Origin: a virus
Strand: one strand, 5' to 3'
IMG/VR virus record: IMGVR_UViG_3300032236_000765
Coordinates: 11,023 to 75,022 of that record
DNA: 64,000 bases
The translations under genes were made by a program, and so were the position numbers. A model generated the notes under the pieces. The model ran no database searches. It was not told where the DNA came from and saw nothing but the letters and a program-made list of their open reading frames with translations. Shown here in pieces: positions 24,951-35,517 of this stretch (positions are counted from its first letter, which is position 1; each line of letters opens with the position of its first letter).

Positions 24951-25114
24951 TATGCTCTCTCGACCTCTACTAAGACACCTTCTCCTGCGAGTTCTTGTGC
25001 TACCTGCTCTAATGCAGCTTGCACATCTTCTGTGACAATTGCATCTGTCGGATCGTTGTCCTTTACAAGTTTCGACAACTTGATGACAACCACATCCTCA
25101 ATCATTTTAGCCAT
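24950..25114 (-). CDS. Small acidic hypothetical protein (54 aa)
   Basis: Manual ORF MAKMIEDVVVIKLSKLVKD..., GGAG SD, TAATG overlap with next gene. Confidence 0.65.
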   Translation of the reverse strand: MAKMIEDVVVIKLSKLVKDNDPTDAIVTEDVQAALEQVAQELAGEGVLVEVERA

Positions 25115-25150
25115 AAAATACTCCGTTATTACAGAGTATTTATCTTAGTC

Positions 25151-25834
25151 CTATTTCTTTTCTAATTTGTAGGATTTGCCAAGTATCCCCGGAAACATCA
25201 GATGCATCATAGTCAAGTTCTTCTCATCATTGTAGTTGAAATACTGACCAGTATGAAACCATGCCTTCTTGAATTCTCTACGCAGCGCCATTTTAAGTGC
25301 ATCGCTAGGAGAAACATCAGGAGTACGGTTTAGATAATCAAGAATATCTTTTCTGATTGATCCTTCTCTATTTACATTCCTACAATAAACCCTATATACG
25401 GCAGGAGGATCCTTTTTAAAATAGATCACTCCTGCCGGCATGGGTGTTACATGGGTAATCGTAGCAGCAGGATAAAAGGATAGCAGTTCGTTTATAATAC
25501 TGATATCATTCGTGAATACACCAGCACTGTCTCGTTCATGCCGCAGACAAACCCTACTATCATTCTTATACTTGTTTCGGAAATTAATATATTTCTCAAT
25601 CAGATCATAATTTATTTTAGCTACGTTTATTTTTCTACCTTCATACCATCTAGGATTCTCAGCTTCTTCCTCAATACGAGCCTTGATACGTTCATTGTAT
25701 CCTTGAAAATCACTCACATAAGAAGCCCAGTACAACTCTGGAATTTCCAGAGTTGCTCTATAAGCGAACTTCTTATAGAAGAGTGTTAATCTGTCTTTGC
25801 TCTTAATTTTCGAGTTGGATAATGCCGTCATCAC
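25151..25834 (-). CDS. Hypothetical protein
   Basis: Long ORF overlapping clpA end. Confidence 0.6.
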   Translation of the reverse strand: MMTALSNSKIKSKDRLTLFYKKFAYRATLEIPELYWASYVSDFQGYNERIKARIEEEAENPRWYEGRKINVAKINYDLIEKYINFRNKYKNDSRVCLRHERDSAGVFTNDISIINELLSFYPAATITHVTPMPAGVIYFKKDPPAVYRVYCRNVNREGSIRKDILDYLNRTPDVSPSDALKMALRREFKKAWFHTGQYFNYNDEKNLTMMHLMFPGILGKSYKLEKK

Positions 25835-28073
25835 CGATCCTTGCAGCCTGTTTTTGAGTCACATTAAATACAATCTCACCGTTTTCCATAACTGCCATGA
25901 TATTTGCGTTATTGATACGTTCAAACAAAATCTTCTTAGAGAGCGGCACACGAACAACCTCATCGATCTTTCGTGCTAGAGGACGTGCACCCATCTTGCT
26001 ATCATATCCAATTTCTGCAAGGTGATCAACCACTGACTCAGCTAGATTGAGAGTGATATTATGCTTGTCTAGTAGCGGCTTCTTGAGTTCTTCCACAAAC
26101 TTGATAACAATCTTCTTGATAGAAAGATGATCCAGCTTGTTGAACTTGCAGACCATATCAAGGCGATTTCGGAACTCAGGCTTGAAGAACTGCTTGAGAG
26201 CCTTATCATCTTCACCTGTTCGTTCAAGGCTACCGAATCCGATATTGTTTCGTTCGTTGTCAGCCGAACCTAGATTTGAAGTCAGGATGATGAGGGTATT
26301 CTTCATCGAAACCTGCTTACCATTCGATCCAGTGATGACACCTTCATCCAACATCTGCAAGAAGATGTTAAAGATATCTGGGTGAGCCTTTTCAACTTCA
26401 TCGAACAGCAGGATTGAGTGCGGGTTCTTGCTCAGGTCTGAAATTAGGCGTCCACCTTGTACTTGTGAATCACCAAAGCCCACATAACCCGGGGGAGGAC
26501 CAATCAAGCTGCTTACGCTATGCTTCTCACTGTACTCAGACATATCGTACTTGAGAAGCGGCATATCCAAATTCTTAGACAGCAGCTTGGCCAATTCTGT
26601 TTTACCCGTGCCCGTCGGGCCCAAGAACAAGAAGCTCGCAATCGGTTTCTTATCGTTACCGATTCCCGCAAACGAGACATACACACGTTCAAGAACCTTA
26701 TCCACAGTCTCATCCTGACCGTAGAGCTTGTTCTTGACATTCATTTCAAGGTGATTGATGCGATCATAATTATCACCGCTCAACTTGTCAGCAGGAACAC
26801 CAGTGAACTTCTCCACCTGTTCATGAATGAGTTCTTTGGTGATCATCGCATCCTTGTTTTCGAGCACCCGCTGCTTTGCACATGCAGCATCGATCAGGTC
26901 AATAGACTTGTCAGGATTCTTACGATCATGAATATAACGATCTGCATTGTCAACCGCAGCTTCGATTGCTTCCTCAGTGATGTTCACTTCATGGAATTCG
27001 CTCAGACGAGCTGCGAGACCATTGAGAATGCGAATCGTAGAATCACGAGAAGGTTCATCAATCGTTACCTTGTAGAATCGACGCATCAATGCACGATCCT
27101 TCTCAAACGATTCATAGAACTCTTCCCAAGTTGTAGAAGCAATCACCTTGAGATTACCCTTAGTAATAGCAGGCTTCAACATGTTTGCGAAGTCTGTTCC
27201 ACCGCCGTTACCTGTATTGCCTGCACCCTGCATTGTATGTGCTTCGTCGATGAACAGAATCGCTTTCTTCTTTACAGAAAGTGCTTCAAGGACATTCTTG
27301 ACCTTTTCTTCAAAGTCACCGCGATAGCGAGACCCTGCTAGCAGCGAACCAATCTCAAGTGAATAGAGTTCGTAGCCTGATAAGAATTCAGGAACTTCAT
27401 CATCCACGATTGCATTAGCGATTCCTTCTGCGATTGCAGTCTTACCGACACCCGGGTCACCGACCATCAATACGTTGGACTTGAAACGCTTTGCGAGAAC
27501 ATTAATGATATCATTGATCTCTGACGCACGACCAATGACCGGCTCAAGCTTGCCCTTACGAGCAAGGTCGGTGAGATTGATCGTGTATTCTTCGAGGATC
27601 TCGTCAGCTTGATTATCAGAAATATTACCAACAAAGTCACCGCCCTTGTAATGGCGCTGCCAGTGAACGAGGAACTCACTTTTGGTGACACCATACTTCA
27701 GAAGGAAGTAATGACCGTGGCTGTTATTCTCATGGATGATGCTCATATACAAGTCAATCGTTGTGACTTGTCGGCGACCGCTGAACAGAACCTGCGTGAC
27801 ACTGCGATTCATCACACGTTCAAGCGTGTTGGTTCGCTTAGGAAGGATATTAGGATCCTTGCTTTCGATAGCATGGAGACCATTCAAGTATGCTTCTACT
27901 TCTTGAATCATTAGTTCGATTTCAACACCGAAACTATTCAGGCATTTCTTGAACGGTGGGTGAGAGATGAGTGACCATAGTAGATGTTCTACTGTGCAAT
28001 ATTCATGCTGGCGTTCCTTTGCAGAACCTATTGCACGTTCAATGATATTTTCAATCTCAGGGGAAGGTTGCAA
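25803..28073 (-). CDS. clpA: ClpA-type AAA+ chaperone
   Basis: Clp N domain (EHLL), two Walker A motifs (GDPGVGKT, GPTGTGKT), FIDEAH, FDEVEKAH, GARPL; no ClpB middle domain. Confidence 0.93.
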   Translation of the reverse strand: MQPSPEIENIIERAIGSAKERQHEYCTVEHLLWSLISHPPFKKCLNSFGVEIELMIQEVEAYLNGLHAIESKDPNILPKRTNTLERVMNRSVTQVLFSGRRQVTTIDLYMSIIHENNSHGHYFLLKYGVTKSEFLVHWQRHYKGGDFVGNISDNQADEILEEYTINLTDLARKGKLEPVIGRASEINDIINVLAKRFKSNVLMVGDPGVGKTAIAEGIANAIVDDEVPEFLSGYELYSLEIGSLLAGSRYRGDFEEKVKNVLEALSVKKKAILFIDEAHTMQGAGNTGNGGGTDFANMLKPAITKGNLKVIASTTWEEFYESFEKDRALMRRFYKVTIDEPSRDSTIRILNGLAARLSEFHEVNITEEAIEAAVDNADRYIHDRKNPDKSIDLIDAACAKQRVLENKDAMITKELIHEQVEKFTGVPADKLSGDNYDRINHLEMNVKNKLYGQDETVDKVLERVYVSFAGIGNDKKPIASFLFLGPTGTGKTELAKLLSKNLDMPLLKYDMSEYSEKHSVSSLIGPPPGYVGFGDSQVQGGRLISDLSKNPHSILLFDEVEKAHPDIFNIFLQMLDEGVITGSNGKQVSMKNTLIILTSNLGSADNERNNIGFGSLERTGEDDKALKQFFKPEFRNRLDMVCKFNKLDHLSIKKIVIKFVEELKKPLLDKHNITLNLAESVVDHLAEIGYDSKMGARPLARKIDEVVRVPLSKKILFERINNANIMAVMENGEIVFNVTQKQAARIGDDGIIQLEN

Positions 28074-28097
28074 TCTTTAAATCCTTTTCAATTTTAT

Positions 28098-28910
28098 TTA
28101 GTTTGAGGTATTCTGATGTTGCTTGATAGTATCTATGATGTCAGAGTTTATATTAGCAGGGATGAATGGCTTAAGCAAGAGTATTTGGTCTCCTCGCATA
28201 CCATTTCCTGCAGGCATACCATATCCACCTAATCTAATCTGTTGATATGGTTGCGTTCCTGCAGGTATGTTGACTTCTAAGGTACTTCCACTTAATGTCG
28301 TAAATTCTACCTTAGTACCTACAATCAAATCAAGCACCGATATAGAGACATTTGAATATAGATTATCGCCTTCACGGTTAAACTTGAGATCAGGCTGGAT
28401 AACAAATTCGATTATGAGTGAAGCTTCATCCAATACATTATCATAACGCACGTTTTGACCTGATTGAATTCCTTCAGGTATCTTTATGGTAATCGCTTTC
28501 ATACCCATAGGGGTACCTAGCTGTAGTATCTGTTCTGCCCCATTATAAACATCAAGCAATGATATGGATACGCGGGTGCGATAAACCTGTCGCTGTGAGG
28601 TTTGAGATTGGTGAAATGGATTGTTTTGTCCAAATGCTTGAGAGAACAATCCATTTAAATCAAATCCATTAATATTAAATGAAAAACCTCCCGGATGATT
28701 CATAAATTGTTGTGGAGCAGGATTATCATACGCAGCACGTTTCTGAGGATCGCTCAGTGTATCATATGCTGTTTGGATTTCTTGGAATTTGTTTTGATCG
28801 CCGCCCCTATCAGGATGGTGCTGCATCGCAAGTTTGCGATATGCTTTTTTGATTTCTTCTGCTGAGGCGGTACGCTGTATGCCTAGAGTATTATAATGAT
28901 CCATTGTCAT
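28098..28910 (-). CDS. dnaJ: DnaJ-family co-chaperone (class II, CbpA-like)
   Basis: J domain with HPD, G/F region, C-terminal domain, no Zn finger; sigma70 promoter 28911-28939. Confidence 0.9.
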   Translation of the reverse strand: MTMDHYNTLGIQRTASAEEIKKAYRKLAMQHHPDRGGDQNKFQEIQTAYDTLSDPQKRAAYDNPAPQQFMNHPGGFSFNINGFDLNGLFSQAFGQNNPFHQSQTSQRQVYRTRVSISLLDVYNGAEQILQLGTPMGMKAITIKIPEGIQSGQNVRYDNVLDEASLIIEFVIQPDLKFNREGDNLYSNVSISVLDLIVGTKVEFTTLSGSTLEVNIPAGTQPYQQIRLGGYGMPAGNGMRGDQILLLKPFIPANINSDIIDTIKQHQNTSN

Positions 28911-28943
28911 AATATAACACCCAGAGAATTATTTGTCAAGTGT

Positions 28944-29513
28944 TTACTTACCTGGAACTGCCGCCCCTACCGCAGTCGATACTGTTGATGCACCTTGAAT
29001 CTTCTCTTGAGTACGACCATATGCAGCAATACCTAAAACAGCACCCATTGCGATATGGAATAGACCAGCACCCTGAAGTGATAGTGGTTGCCATGGTGTA
29101 GTGACACTACCCTTGCTCATTGCTTGAAGTACAGACCAAGCGACAGGGAAAATGATAAAGTCACATACACAAACTGCCATGTACATCCAACCCATCATTG
29201 GGCGCCACTTCTTATTGATGAAGTCTTCATTTGTATTTGCGACTAGTACATCTGCACCTTGTGCAGCATTGCTTCCGGCTTGGGTTAATGCGGCATTATT
29301 AAGATTCATCAACTGATTTGCTTGTTCATTTTTTTGTTGCATATCTTTATAAAACTCCTTATCAGTTACCATACTTTGTGTATGCTCGTCATTCTTACCT
29401 ATGACTTGTAATTCAGGACTAGCATTCTTTTCTGGAAGAATCAAGGTAGTACTGGATGCAGTGTTATCGGTTGAGGAGACATCATTATCGTCGTTGTCAG
29501 TATCGTCCGCCAT
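28944..29513 (-). CDS. Membrane protein, holin-like
   Basis: KKWRPMMGWMY...two TM segments...AYGRTQEK. Confidence 0.55.
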   Translation of the reverse strand: MADDTDNDDNDVSSTDNTASSTTLILPEKNASPELQVIGKNDEHTQSMVTDKEFYKDMQQKNEQANQLMNLNNAALTQAGSNAAQGADVLVANTNEDFINKKWRPMMGWMYMAVCVCDFIIFPVAWSVLQAMSKGSVTTPWQPLSLQGAGLFHIAMGAVLGIAAYGRTQEKIQGASTVSTAVGAAVPGK

Positions 29514-29516
29514 AAA

Positions 29517-30059
29517 TTAAATCCTTGCCATGTCTTTTATATTTTTGATATACTCATCTTCTGAATAAGTTGGTTTAGTTTTCAACCCTGCAATAGTGCG
29601 AAATTCATTGAGTTCTTCTTCTGATTCTTTTCTAGCTTTATATTCATTTGGGTTAAGAATCATATTCTTTGCGATGATAATCGGATCAGCCGGAACTACT
29701 GTACCTTCGATATTTATTTTCCAATTTTTTAATTTTATTCCAGTCAATGTTTCTAGATCAGAGAGTAAATCACAGATACGTGTTGGAACTTTAGAACGAC
29801 GATCCATTTCAACGAATACTAGATATTTTCCTGGTTCCAATTCACCGTCACTGATGCTCGCATCTAGTACCCAGTCATAACCTCTCTCAAACCATGTAAC
29901 TAAATCTGTTCCTGCTAGCTTAGAATTTACCATGAAAGTTAAGGTGACTATATCCTTATCGGGGCCCATCTTAGCTGCATATTCATCAACTGTGATTGTA
30001 TTCTTCAGTTGATCTTTCATATCCATATATTCAAGGCCTTCGTTTAATGTTCTCATCAT
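29517..30059 (-). CDS. Phage hypothetical protein
   Basis: Leader MMRTLNE; in late operon. Confidence 0.6.
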   Translation of the reverse strand: MMRTLNEGLEYMDMKDQLKNTITVDEYAAKMGPDKDIVTLTFMVNSKLAGTDLVTWFERGYDWVLDASISDGELEPGKYLVFVEMDRRSKVPTRICDLLSDLETLTGIKLKNWKINIEGTVVPADPIIIAKNMILNPNEYKARKESEEELNEFRTIAGLKTKPTYSEDEYIKNIKDMARI

Positions 30060-30064
30060 TGCAC

Positions 30065-30655
30065 CTATATTTGTAAGCCCTGGCCTGCTGGGTTAGGTTG
30101 ACCTTGTGCTACATTTGGATTCTGATCACCTGTCTTAGTTGTATCATCCAAATCTTCATTGTATGCATCTTCGATTTCACTTAGGTCAATCGTAGCATCA
30201 GCAATATCAATACTACCTTCTTTGATATCATCCATGAGTTCTAGCGGAATCTCGATTTCAACAAACCATACTTTACGTTTTTGCATCTTAGGATATCTAG
30301 TGCTTGGAACAAAATCTTCATAATCTTTTACTTCGACCGGAACCTCAAGTTCTGATTTTCCAAAACGTACATTGCATCCTATATTTGTCAAGCGCAATGC
30401 TCCCTTAGGATCAGGCATTAGCTTATATGGCCACATGAATATACATTTACAAGAATATCGTCCTAAGACAGGACCTTGTACTAGTTCTCCTATTATCCAG
30501 TTTTTATATGCATACAAATCTGCTTCATCAAGAACACGCTCGAAATCAAGCAAGCTGGAAATAGACCCGTCACTCATATAGACGCCTCGGATGGTATCTA
30601 CGATGCTGACGAAGTTAATATCATTAAAGAATGAATCTGCTGGTAAACTTTTCAT
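30065..30655 (-). CDS. Phage hypothetical protein
   Basis: Start reassigned to MKSLPAD, 5 nt after GATAAATA. Confidence 0.6.
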   Translation of the reverse strand: MKSLPADSFFNDINFVSIVDTIRGVYMSDGSISSLLDFERVLDEADLYAYKNWIIGELVQGPVLGRYSCKCIFMWPYKLMPDPKGALRLTNIGCNVRFGKSELEVPVEVKDYEDFVPSTRYPKMQKRKVWFVEIEIPLELMDDIKEGSIDIADATIDLSEIEDAYNEDLDDTTKTGDQNPNVAQGQPNPAGQGLQI

Positions 30656-30835
30656 GATTGTATTTATCTTTGGTAAGACCAAAATGAGGAAAGGGTTAAA
30701 CTTCCAGTAATCAAGTACTGTATTTATCACCGGAAACTATTTAACACGTACTCATAGATTACTCAATATGCCGTTTTTAAATACATCTGAGAACAAAAGT
30801 TCTCCAGTAAAATATAATATCTTAGGAGATCAAAC

Positions 30836-31615
30836 TTGCCTAAAAGAAGATCAAACGCACAACCAAGAGACAGAGACAGAGAATATAACAGAAAGAGATA
30901 TTCAGACGAGAAGACGTTCTACATGAAAGAGTCCAAGACAATCGACTTTAATCAAACCCAACCCAAGAAAGTCCGAAAACCAGTCGAGCTAGTGCCTCAG
31001 AGCATAAATCAGGAAAAATACATCATCGCATTGACCGACCCTGAAACAGATATCGTAGTGGTAAGTGGACCTGCGGGAACAGGTAAGACATATCTAGCAA
31101 TGCTAGCAGCCATCAAAGCGATGAGACAAGGAGACTGTAATAAAATTTTACTAACAAGACCGGCCGTAGCCGTCGATGATGAGAAGCATGGATTCTTACC
31201 TGGCGACCTAAATTCTAAAATGGAACCGTGGGTAAGACCTCTATTCGACGTACTAAAAGAGTTCTATACTACAACAGAACTCGAATATATGGTCAAAGAA
31301 CAAGTTATCGAAATTGTTCCACTAGCATTCTGCCGTGGACGCAATTTTAAACATAGTTGGATCATACTAGATGAAGCTCAGAACGCTACACCTAGCCAGA
31401 TGAAAATGTTGATGACTAGAATCGGTGAAGGGAGTAAGATAGTCATTACTGGAGATGTGGAACAGACTGATCGTAGAACACCTGAAAATGGACTTTTGGA
31501 CCTAAAGTACAAGATTGAAAATTATCGTGTACCTGGAATGAAAGCGTGTGAGTTTGACGTTAAGGATATTAGAAGACATGAAATTATCGAACATGTCTTG
31601 AAAATGTATTCATGA
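30836..31615 (+). CDS. phoH: PhoH-like ATPase
   Basis: GPAGTGKT, LTRPAV, GFLPG, RGRNF, DEAQN, TRIGEGSK, GDVEQTD. Confidence 0.95.
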   Translation: MPKRRSNAQPRDRDREYNRKRYSDEKTFYMKESKTIDFNQTQPKKVRKPVELVPQSINQEKYIIALTDPETDIVVVSGPAGTGKTYLAMLAAIKAMRQGDCNKILLTRPAVAVDDEKHGFLPGDLNSKMEPWVRPLFDVLKEFYTTTELEYMVKEQVIEIVPLAFCRGRNFKHSWIILDEAQNATPSQMKMLMTRIGEGSKIVITGDVEQTDRRTPENGLLDLKYKIENYRVPGMKACEFDVKDIRRHEIIEHVLKMYS

Positions 31616-31622
31616 GAATACG

Positions 31623-31648
31623 GTAAACGGGGCTAATGCCCCGTTTAC
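31623..31648. terminator. Bidirectional terminator between convergent genes
   Basis: GTAAACGGGGC-TAAT-GCCCCGTTTAC. Confidence 0.75.
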
Positions 31649-31947
31649 TTTTTTAGCGTCTGTTGTAGACTAGCACGTTGTTTCTCTACTGTAGCAGTGA
31701 GCGGAGCTTCACGCTCTAACTGTTCCACTAGTGTAGGATAAACCTTAGCATAATAGTCACGCATTAGTTCAAATGTAGTAGGATGTTCCTTACCTTCAAT
31801 GACACATTTGACTACCTTATTCTCAGCAAAGTCAAGAATAACACTATGCGAGTTCATATCAGAGGTGCGAACTCGCTTACCGACAGTGACCATTTCGTCA
31901 ATCTGTCCATTTTCTTTTCTAGCAAAAGTGATCAATAGGTATCTCAT
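31645..31947 (-). CDS. Hypothetical protein
   Basis: ORF with ATGA overlap. Confidence 0.6.
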   Translation of the reverse strand: MRYLLITFARKENGQIDEMVTVGKRVRTSDMNSHSVILDFAENKVVKCVIEGKEHPTTFELMRDYYAKVYPTLVEQLEREAPLTATVEKQRASLQQTLKK

Positions 31948-32402
31948 TCATGTTCCTCCCAATCATTATATTCAACTTCAAACTGTTCTTTGAATCTATC
32001 TCTATAAATTTCTTTAGCGTGTTCTAAAAAAGTTTCATACAAATCATTTATATAATCTTCTTTGCTCATAAAATTCAAAGGATCAATTGCTTGCGTAAAG
32101 CAAATATTAGATGCATAAGTGAAATAGCTGTATTCTAATTTACTTTCTCTATCATAAATCTCATCAACTATAGATTTTTGAATAGGATTGTTTTTAGCAT
32201 ATTCTGATTTGACTTTTTTATCTTCTTGTTCAACTTCTTGACAGTAGATTTTATATTCAGCTAAAGTCATCTTTGAAATCATTTCCTCAGTTTCGATTAT
32301 GATGTCAGGAAGCTTTAGTTCTTTAAATCGTTTTACTCTCTGCTTTCTTTCTTCTTGAAATTTTTTATTTCTAGTAATAGTATCTTCAATAATTTCAGTC
32401 AT
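31944..32402 (-). CDS. Hypothetical protein
   Basis: GGAG SD; very AT-rich ORF. Confidence 0.55.
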   Translation of the reverse strand: MTEIIEDTITRNKKFQEERKQRVKRFKELKLPDIIIETEEMISKMTLAEYKIYCQEVEQEDKKVKSEYAKNNPIQKSIVDEIYDRESKLEYSYFTYASNICFTQAIDPLNFMSKEDYINDLYETFLEHAKEIYRDRFKEQFEVEYNDWEEHE

Positions 32403-32421
32403 TTTTCAACTCCAAAATAGA

Positions 32422-33345
32422 TCATGACGTTAGTTCAACTAGTGTTGCTGCAAGACTGATTTCAGGGATACCGACGAGCGGCAGATTCGCAAGACCATTA
32501 CGAATGATAATGATTGCAGCATCCTTCTTCTCTTGCGACTTGCCCCAGAGATCAAGATTGTCATACATGAATCGATAACAATCTTCGATGCGGGTTGGAT
32601 ACAAACTGATGTACTGCATCAACTGCTGACGCCCTTCAAGAATATTTCCTGCTTTGAAAAGCTCAGTAGCAGCGATAAGAATCTCGTCCTCACTGGAACC
32701 TTGTGCTTGTGCAGGATGCAACTTGCCTGAAGTTGAGTTATGTTGTAACTGATTTAGGCACTTGCGAAGATCAGGATAAGTTGCACGAACATATGTGTCA
32801 AGGTCATCCAACTCAAATTCGATATTCTCTGTGATTAGCACCGTGGCTGCACGAGCAGTGAAGTCAGTCATATCAGGCTTTGCGATATGAAACTCATGGC
32901 AGCGAGACTTGAGTGCTGGAATGATCTTATGCTGATAGTTACAAGTCAGAATGTATCGCACCGTCTGATGATACGCTTCCATATCATTACGCAATGCTGC
33001 CTGAGCTGGCTGAGTCAGATAGTCAGCTTCGTCTAGAAGAACTACCTTGAACTTACCAAACGGCATAGTCTGAACGAAGCTATTGATACGTTCACGCAGA
33101 TTGTCGATGCCATTCTCACGTGAAGCATTGATCTCTAGAACATCGAATTCTTCTACTCCCAGCTCATGAATGAGAACCTTAGCGAGCGTAGTCTTACCTG
33201 TACCCGGATCACCGCTCAACAGAAGATGGGGAATAGAACCATCACGAATCCAGAACTCGACTTGTTCCTTCTGACGGTCATTCACGAATACGTAGTCGCT
33301 CACCTTTTTAGGGCGATGCGCTTCTACCCAGAGTTTATTTTTCAC
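32422..33345 (-). CDS. Sliding clamp loader subunit (RFC small / T4 gp44-like)
   Basis: LWVEAHRP, GDPGTGKTT, EINAS, LDEAD, SRC. Confidence 0.92.
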   Translation of the reverse strand: MKNKLWVEAHRPKKVSDYVFVNDRQKEQVEFWIRDGSIPHLLLSGDPGTGKTTLAKVLIHELGVEEFDVLEINASRENGIDNLRERINSFVQTMPFGKFKVVLLDEADYLTQPAQAALRNDMEAYHQTVRYILTCNYQHKIIPALKSRCHEFHIAKPDMTDFTARAATVLITENIEFELDDLDTYVRATYPDLRKCLNQLQHNSTSGKLHPAQAQGSSEDEILIAATELFKAGNILEGRQQLMQYISLYPTRIEDCYRFMYDNLDLWGKSQEKKDAAIIIIRNGLANLPLVGIPEISLAATLVELTS

Positions 33346-33348
33346 AGC

Positions 33349-33525
33349 TTAATCCTTCGGTTCATCAAACATCATTTTTAGCATAGGATCATCATTTGTG
33401 TCAACGTCTAATTTGTCCGATTGCTTGACTTCTTTATACATGGAATAGGCTAATGCGCCCATACCGATAAAGCCCATTATGAATGGAATAGCCTTGACGA
33501 ATCTATGCTTAAAATCTTCGTTCAT
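33349..33525 (-). CDS. Small membrane protein (58 aa)
   Basis: Manual ORF MNEDFKHRFVKAIPFIMGFIGMGALAY...; TTGACT-17-TACAAT promoter just upstream. Confidence 0.5.
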   Translation of the reverse strand: MNEDFKHRFVKAIPFIMGFIGMGALAYSMYKEVKQSDKLDVDTNDDPMLKMMFDEPKD

Positions 33526-33566
33526 GATGAATTGTAGCTTTCTGAAGGGTAGGAGTCAAGATAAAA

Positions 33567-33592
33567 GTTGAGGGGAATTTCTTCCCCTCAAC
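33567..33592 (-). terminator. Intrinsic terminator after groES-like gene
   Basis: GTTGAGGGGA/TCCCCTCAAC plus T-tract. Confidence 0.7.
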
Positions 33593-33596
33593 CCAT

Positions 33597-33962
33597 TTAA
33601 CTTACTTTGTCACTCATTGTATAATCGTTTACTTTTTCGTCACTTATTAATAAAATATCATTTGGATCTACCTTACGGATTACTTTCTCGCCTTCATCGT
33701 CTTCAATAGTTTGTCCACGACTCCAACGACCGTGTGCTATCATAATATATTGACCAACTTCAACATCTTTTACATCAGGACCGATTGCATAGACTTGTGC
33801 CCAGCGCGGACGGATACCTGAACTTTTCATGTCATCATCGGGAAGTATAAGTCCACCCCGACTCAGACGCTCCTTAAATTCCATTCCGTGGACTAGAATG
33901 GTATCCTTTAATGGTCTAATCTTTTTTACGCTAGTTACTGTTAAGTTTCGTCTATTTGACAT
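33597..33962 (-). CDS. groES: GroES-like co-chaperonin
   Basis: IRPLKDTILV...GGLILP...VYAIGP...VEVGQ...DILLI. Confidence 0.85.
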   Translation of the reverse strand: MSNRRNLTVTSVKKIRPLKDTILVHGMEFKERLSRGGLILPDDDMKSSGIRPRWAQVYAIGPDVKDVEVGQYIMIAHGRWSRGQTIEDDEGEKVIRKVDPNDILLISDEKVNDYTMSDKVS

Positions 33963-33964
33963 GT

Positions 33965-34369
33965 TTATTTAGTTTTCTTAGTTTGTTCATCCGGGATCAC
34001 GAAATCAGGAGCTTCACTCGCAGGTTTGACTACTACCTTTTGTGCTTCTGCTGCCTTGATCATTTCAATCTCTGCATCAGCATGATCGTCTTCCAATTCT
34101 AACTCATCTGGATGGAGTTCTTCATTGGATACTGAATCGACCGTTGCTACATTTTCAGGTTTCATCACATTAGTAGCACGATTAGATACTGTGCGTTGAT
34201 ATCCTTCTCCTACCTTTCTAGTCACAGGAACTATAACCTTTCCTTGACTATCAATGGTATCACCGCGAGCGTTGACTTTCATATTTCCTACTGCGCGTAC
34301 ATTTTCATTTTTTGAAGCTAGCTTGGTCATATCGACCATCTTGCCTAGTGCTGAACGATACTGTGGCAT
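33965..34369 (-). CDS. Phage hypothetical protein
   Basis: AAGGAG SD; AVGNMKVNARGD motif. Confidence 0.65.
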   Translation of the reverse strand: MPQYRSALGKMVDMTKLASKNENVRAVGNMKVNARGDTIDSQGKVIVPVTRKVGEGYQRTVSNRATNVMKPENVATVDSVSNEELHPDELELEDDHADAEIEMIKAAEAQKVVVKPASEAPDFVIPDEQTKKTK

Positions 34370-34412
34370 ATTGTTCTCCTTTATTCTTCTATTTATACTC
34401 GTATAACATCGA

Positions 34413-34922
34413 CTATTTTAAAAATTCATCAATAGACAGATCATAATAGAGCGAGTTAATACGATGTATTCCGATTAGGTACAATACGAAACTGCTAACA
34501 CTGCTTCCCCTACCTACTCCCCAGATGATATTATGTTTTCGCATAATATCAACTAGGTATTTAAGGTATTTCAATAGCATGAACATATCACGTTCTTGAA
34601 ATAAGAGTAATTCTTCTCCGGCTCTTTGTAGTTCTGCTTCAGATTTACATTGATCTAGAACAAATTTAGCGATATCAAAATCTAGATATTCTTCGGGGAG
34701 GTACCAATTTTCTTTGCATTTAGTATCAAATTCTTCAACCGTCAAATCCTCATTGATTACATACTGAATCAGTTTTGGTATTTCATTTAGATTTAGAGAT
34801 GGATCGAAGTTTACCCTATCATGGATAAGTACATTCTTTAGTACAATGTTAGGATTTTTCAGATATAGATCACACAAATCTTTTTCTGAATATATTTGCT
34901 GTCCATACTTATCTGTAATCAT
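34413..34922 (-). CDS. Stand-alone fragment of DNA polymerase III alpha (DnaE)
   Basis: R...EL...YL.YLVD...IIWGVGRGSSVSSFVLYLIGIHRIN...L...FL. Confidence 0.8.
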   Translation of the reverse strand: MITDKYGQQIYSEKDLCDLYLKNPNIVLKNVLIHDRVNFDPSLNLNEIPKLIQYVINEDLTVEEFDTKCKENWYLPEEYLDFDIAKFVLDQCKSEAELQRAGEELLLFQERDMFMLLKYLKYLVDIMRKHNIIWGVGRGSSVSSFVLYLIGIHRINSLYYDLSIDEFLK

Positions 34923-34953
34923 CTATATACTATGTCATGAAATAAAGAAATTG

Positions 34954-35517
34954 TCAATTTATTTGGATATTTTTTTCTTTCCAAGCAAGTCCTAATTCAG
35001 TCCAACTATTATCATCAAACAGTTTTACTACATTATCACGTTTTTTCACAGAGACATGTTCTTTACAGATGCCAATGCAGGGTCTGTTCCACCAGTGATC
35101 TCCGCTCATCACGTTCTCAGAAACTTCAGCTACGATATGATATCTTATTCCTTCACTCATCAACGATCCCATAGTCATATCTGTGATGACTATCCTATTT
35201 TCCATGATCGCATTTAATTTTTGTAATATCACCATAGCGATGATTTGATCAACGGGTTCTTGTGGAAGCTCGCAAATTTTGATTCCTGCTTTTTTGTATT
35301 TCTTGATGCTAGCTGTTTCAGCATCATGTATCAATAGTGAGTTTTGCAAGATTGATTCAAGGAAATGATTGATTCTCTCTAATGCGATTGATTGTTCTCT
35401 GACGGAGGCGGTCTCGACTAGCATAGATGCAGTTGCCTCATAGGTATTCACATAGAAATTGCCATTGAGATGAACGGCTGCTTGAAAGAAAAAGTCTTTA
35501 TCAATTCTTGTGGTCAT
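34954..35517 (-). CDS. Hypothetical protein
   Basis: In-operon ORF. Confidence 0.6.
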   Translation of the reverse strand: MTTRIDKDFFFQAAVHLNGNFYVNTYEATASMLVETASVREQSIALERINHFLESILQNSLLIHDAETASIKKYKKAGIKICELPQEPVDQIIAMVILQKLNAIMENRIVITDMTMGSLMSEGIRYHIVAEVSENVMSGDHWWNRPCIGICKEHVSVKKRDNVVKLFDDNSWTELGLAWKEKNIQIN

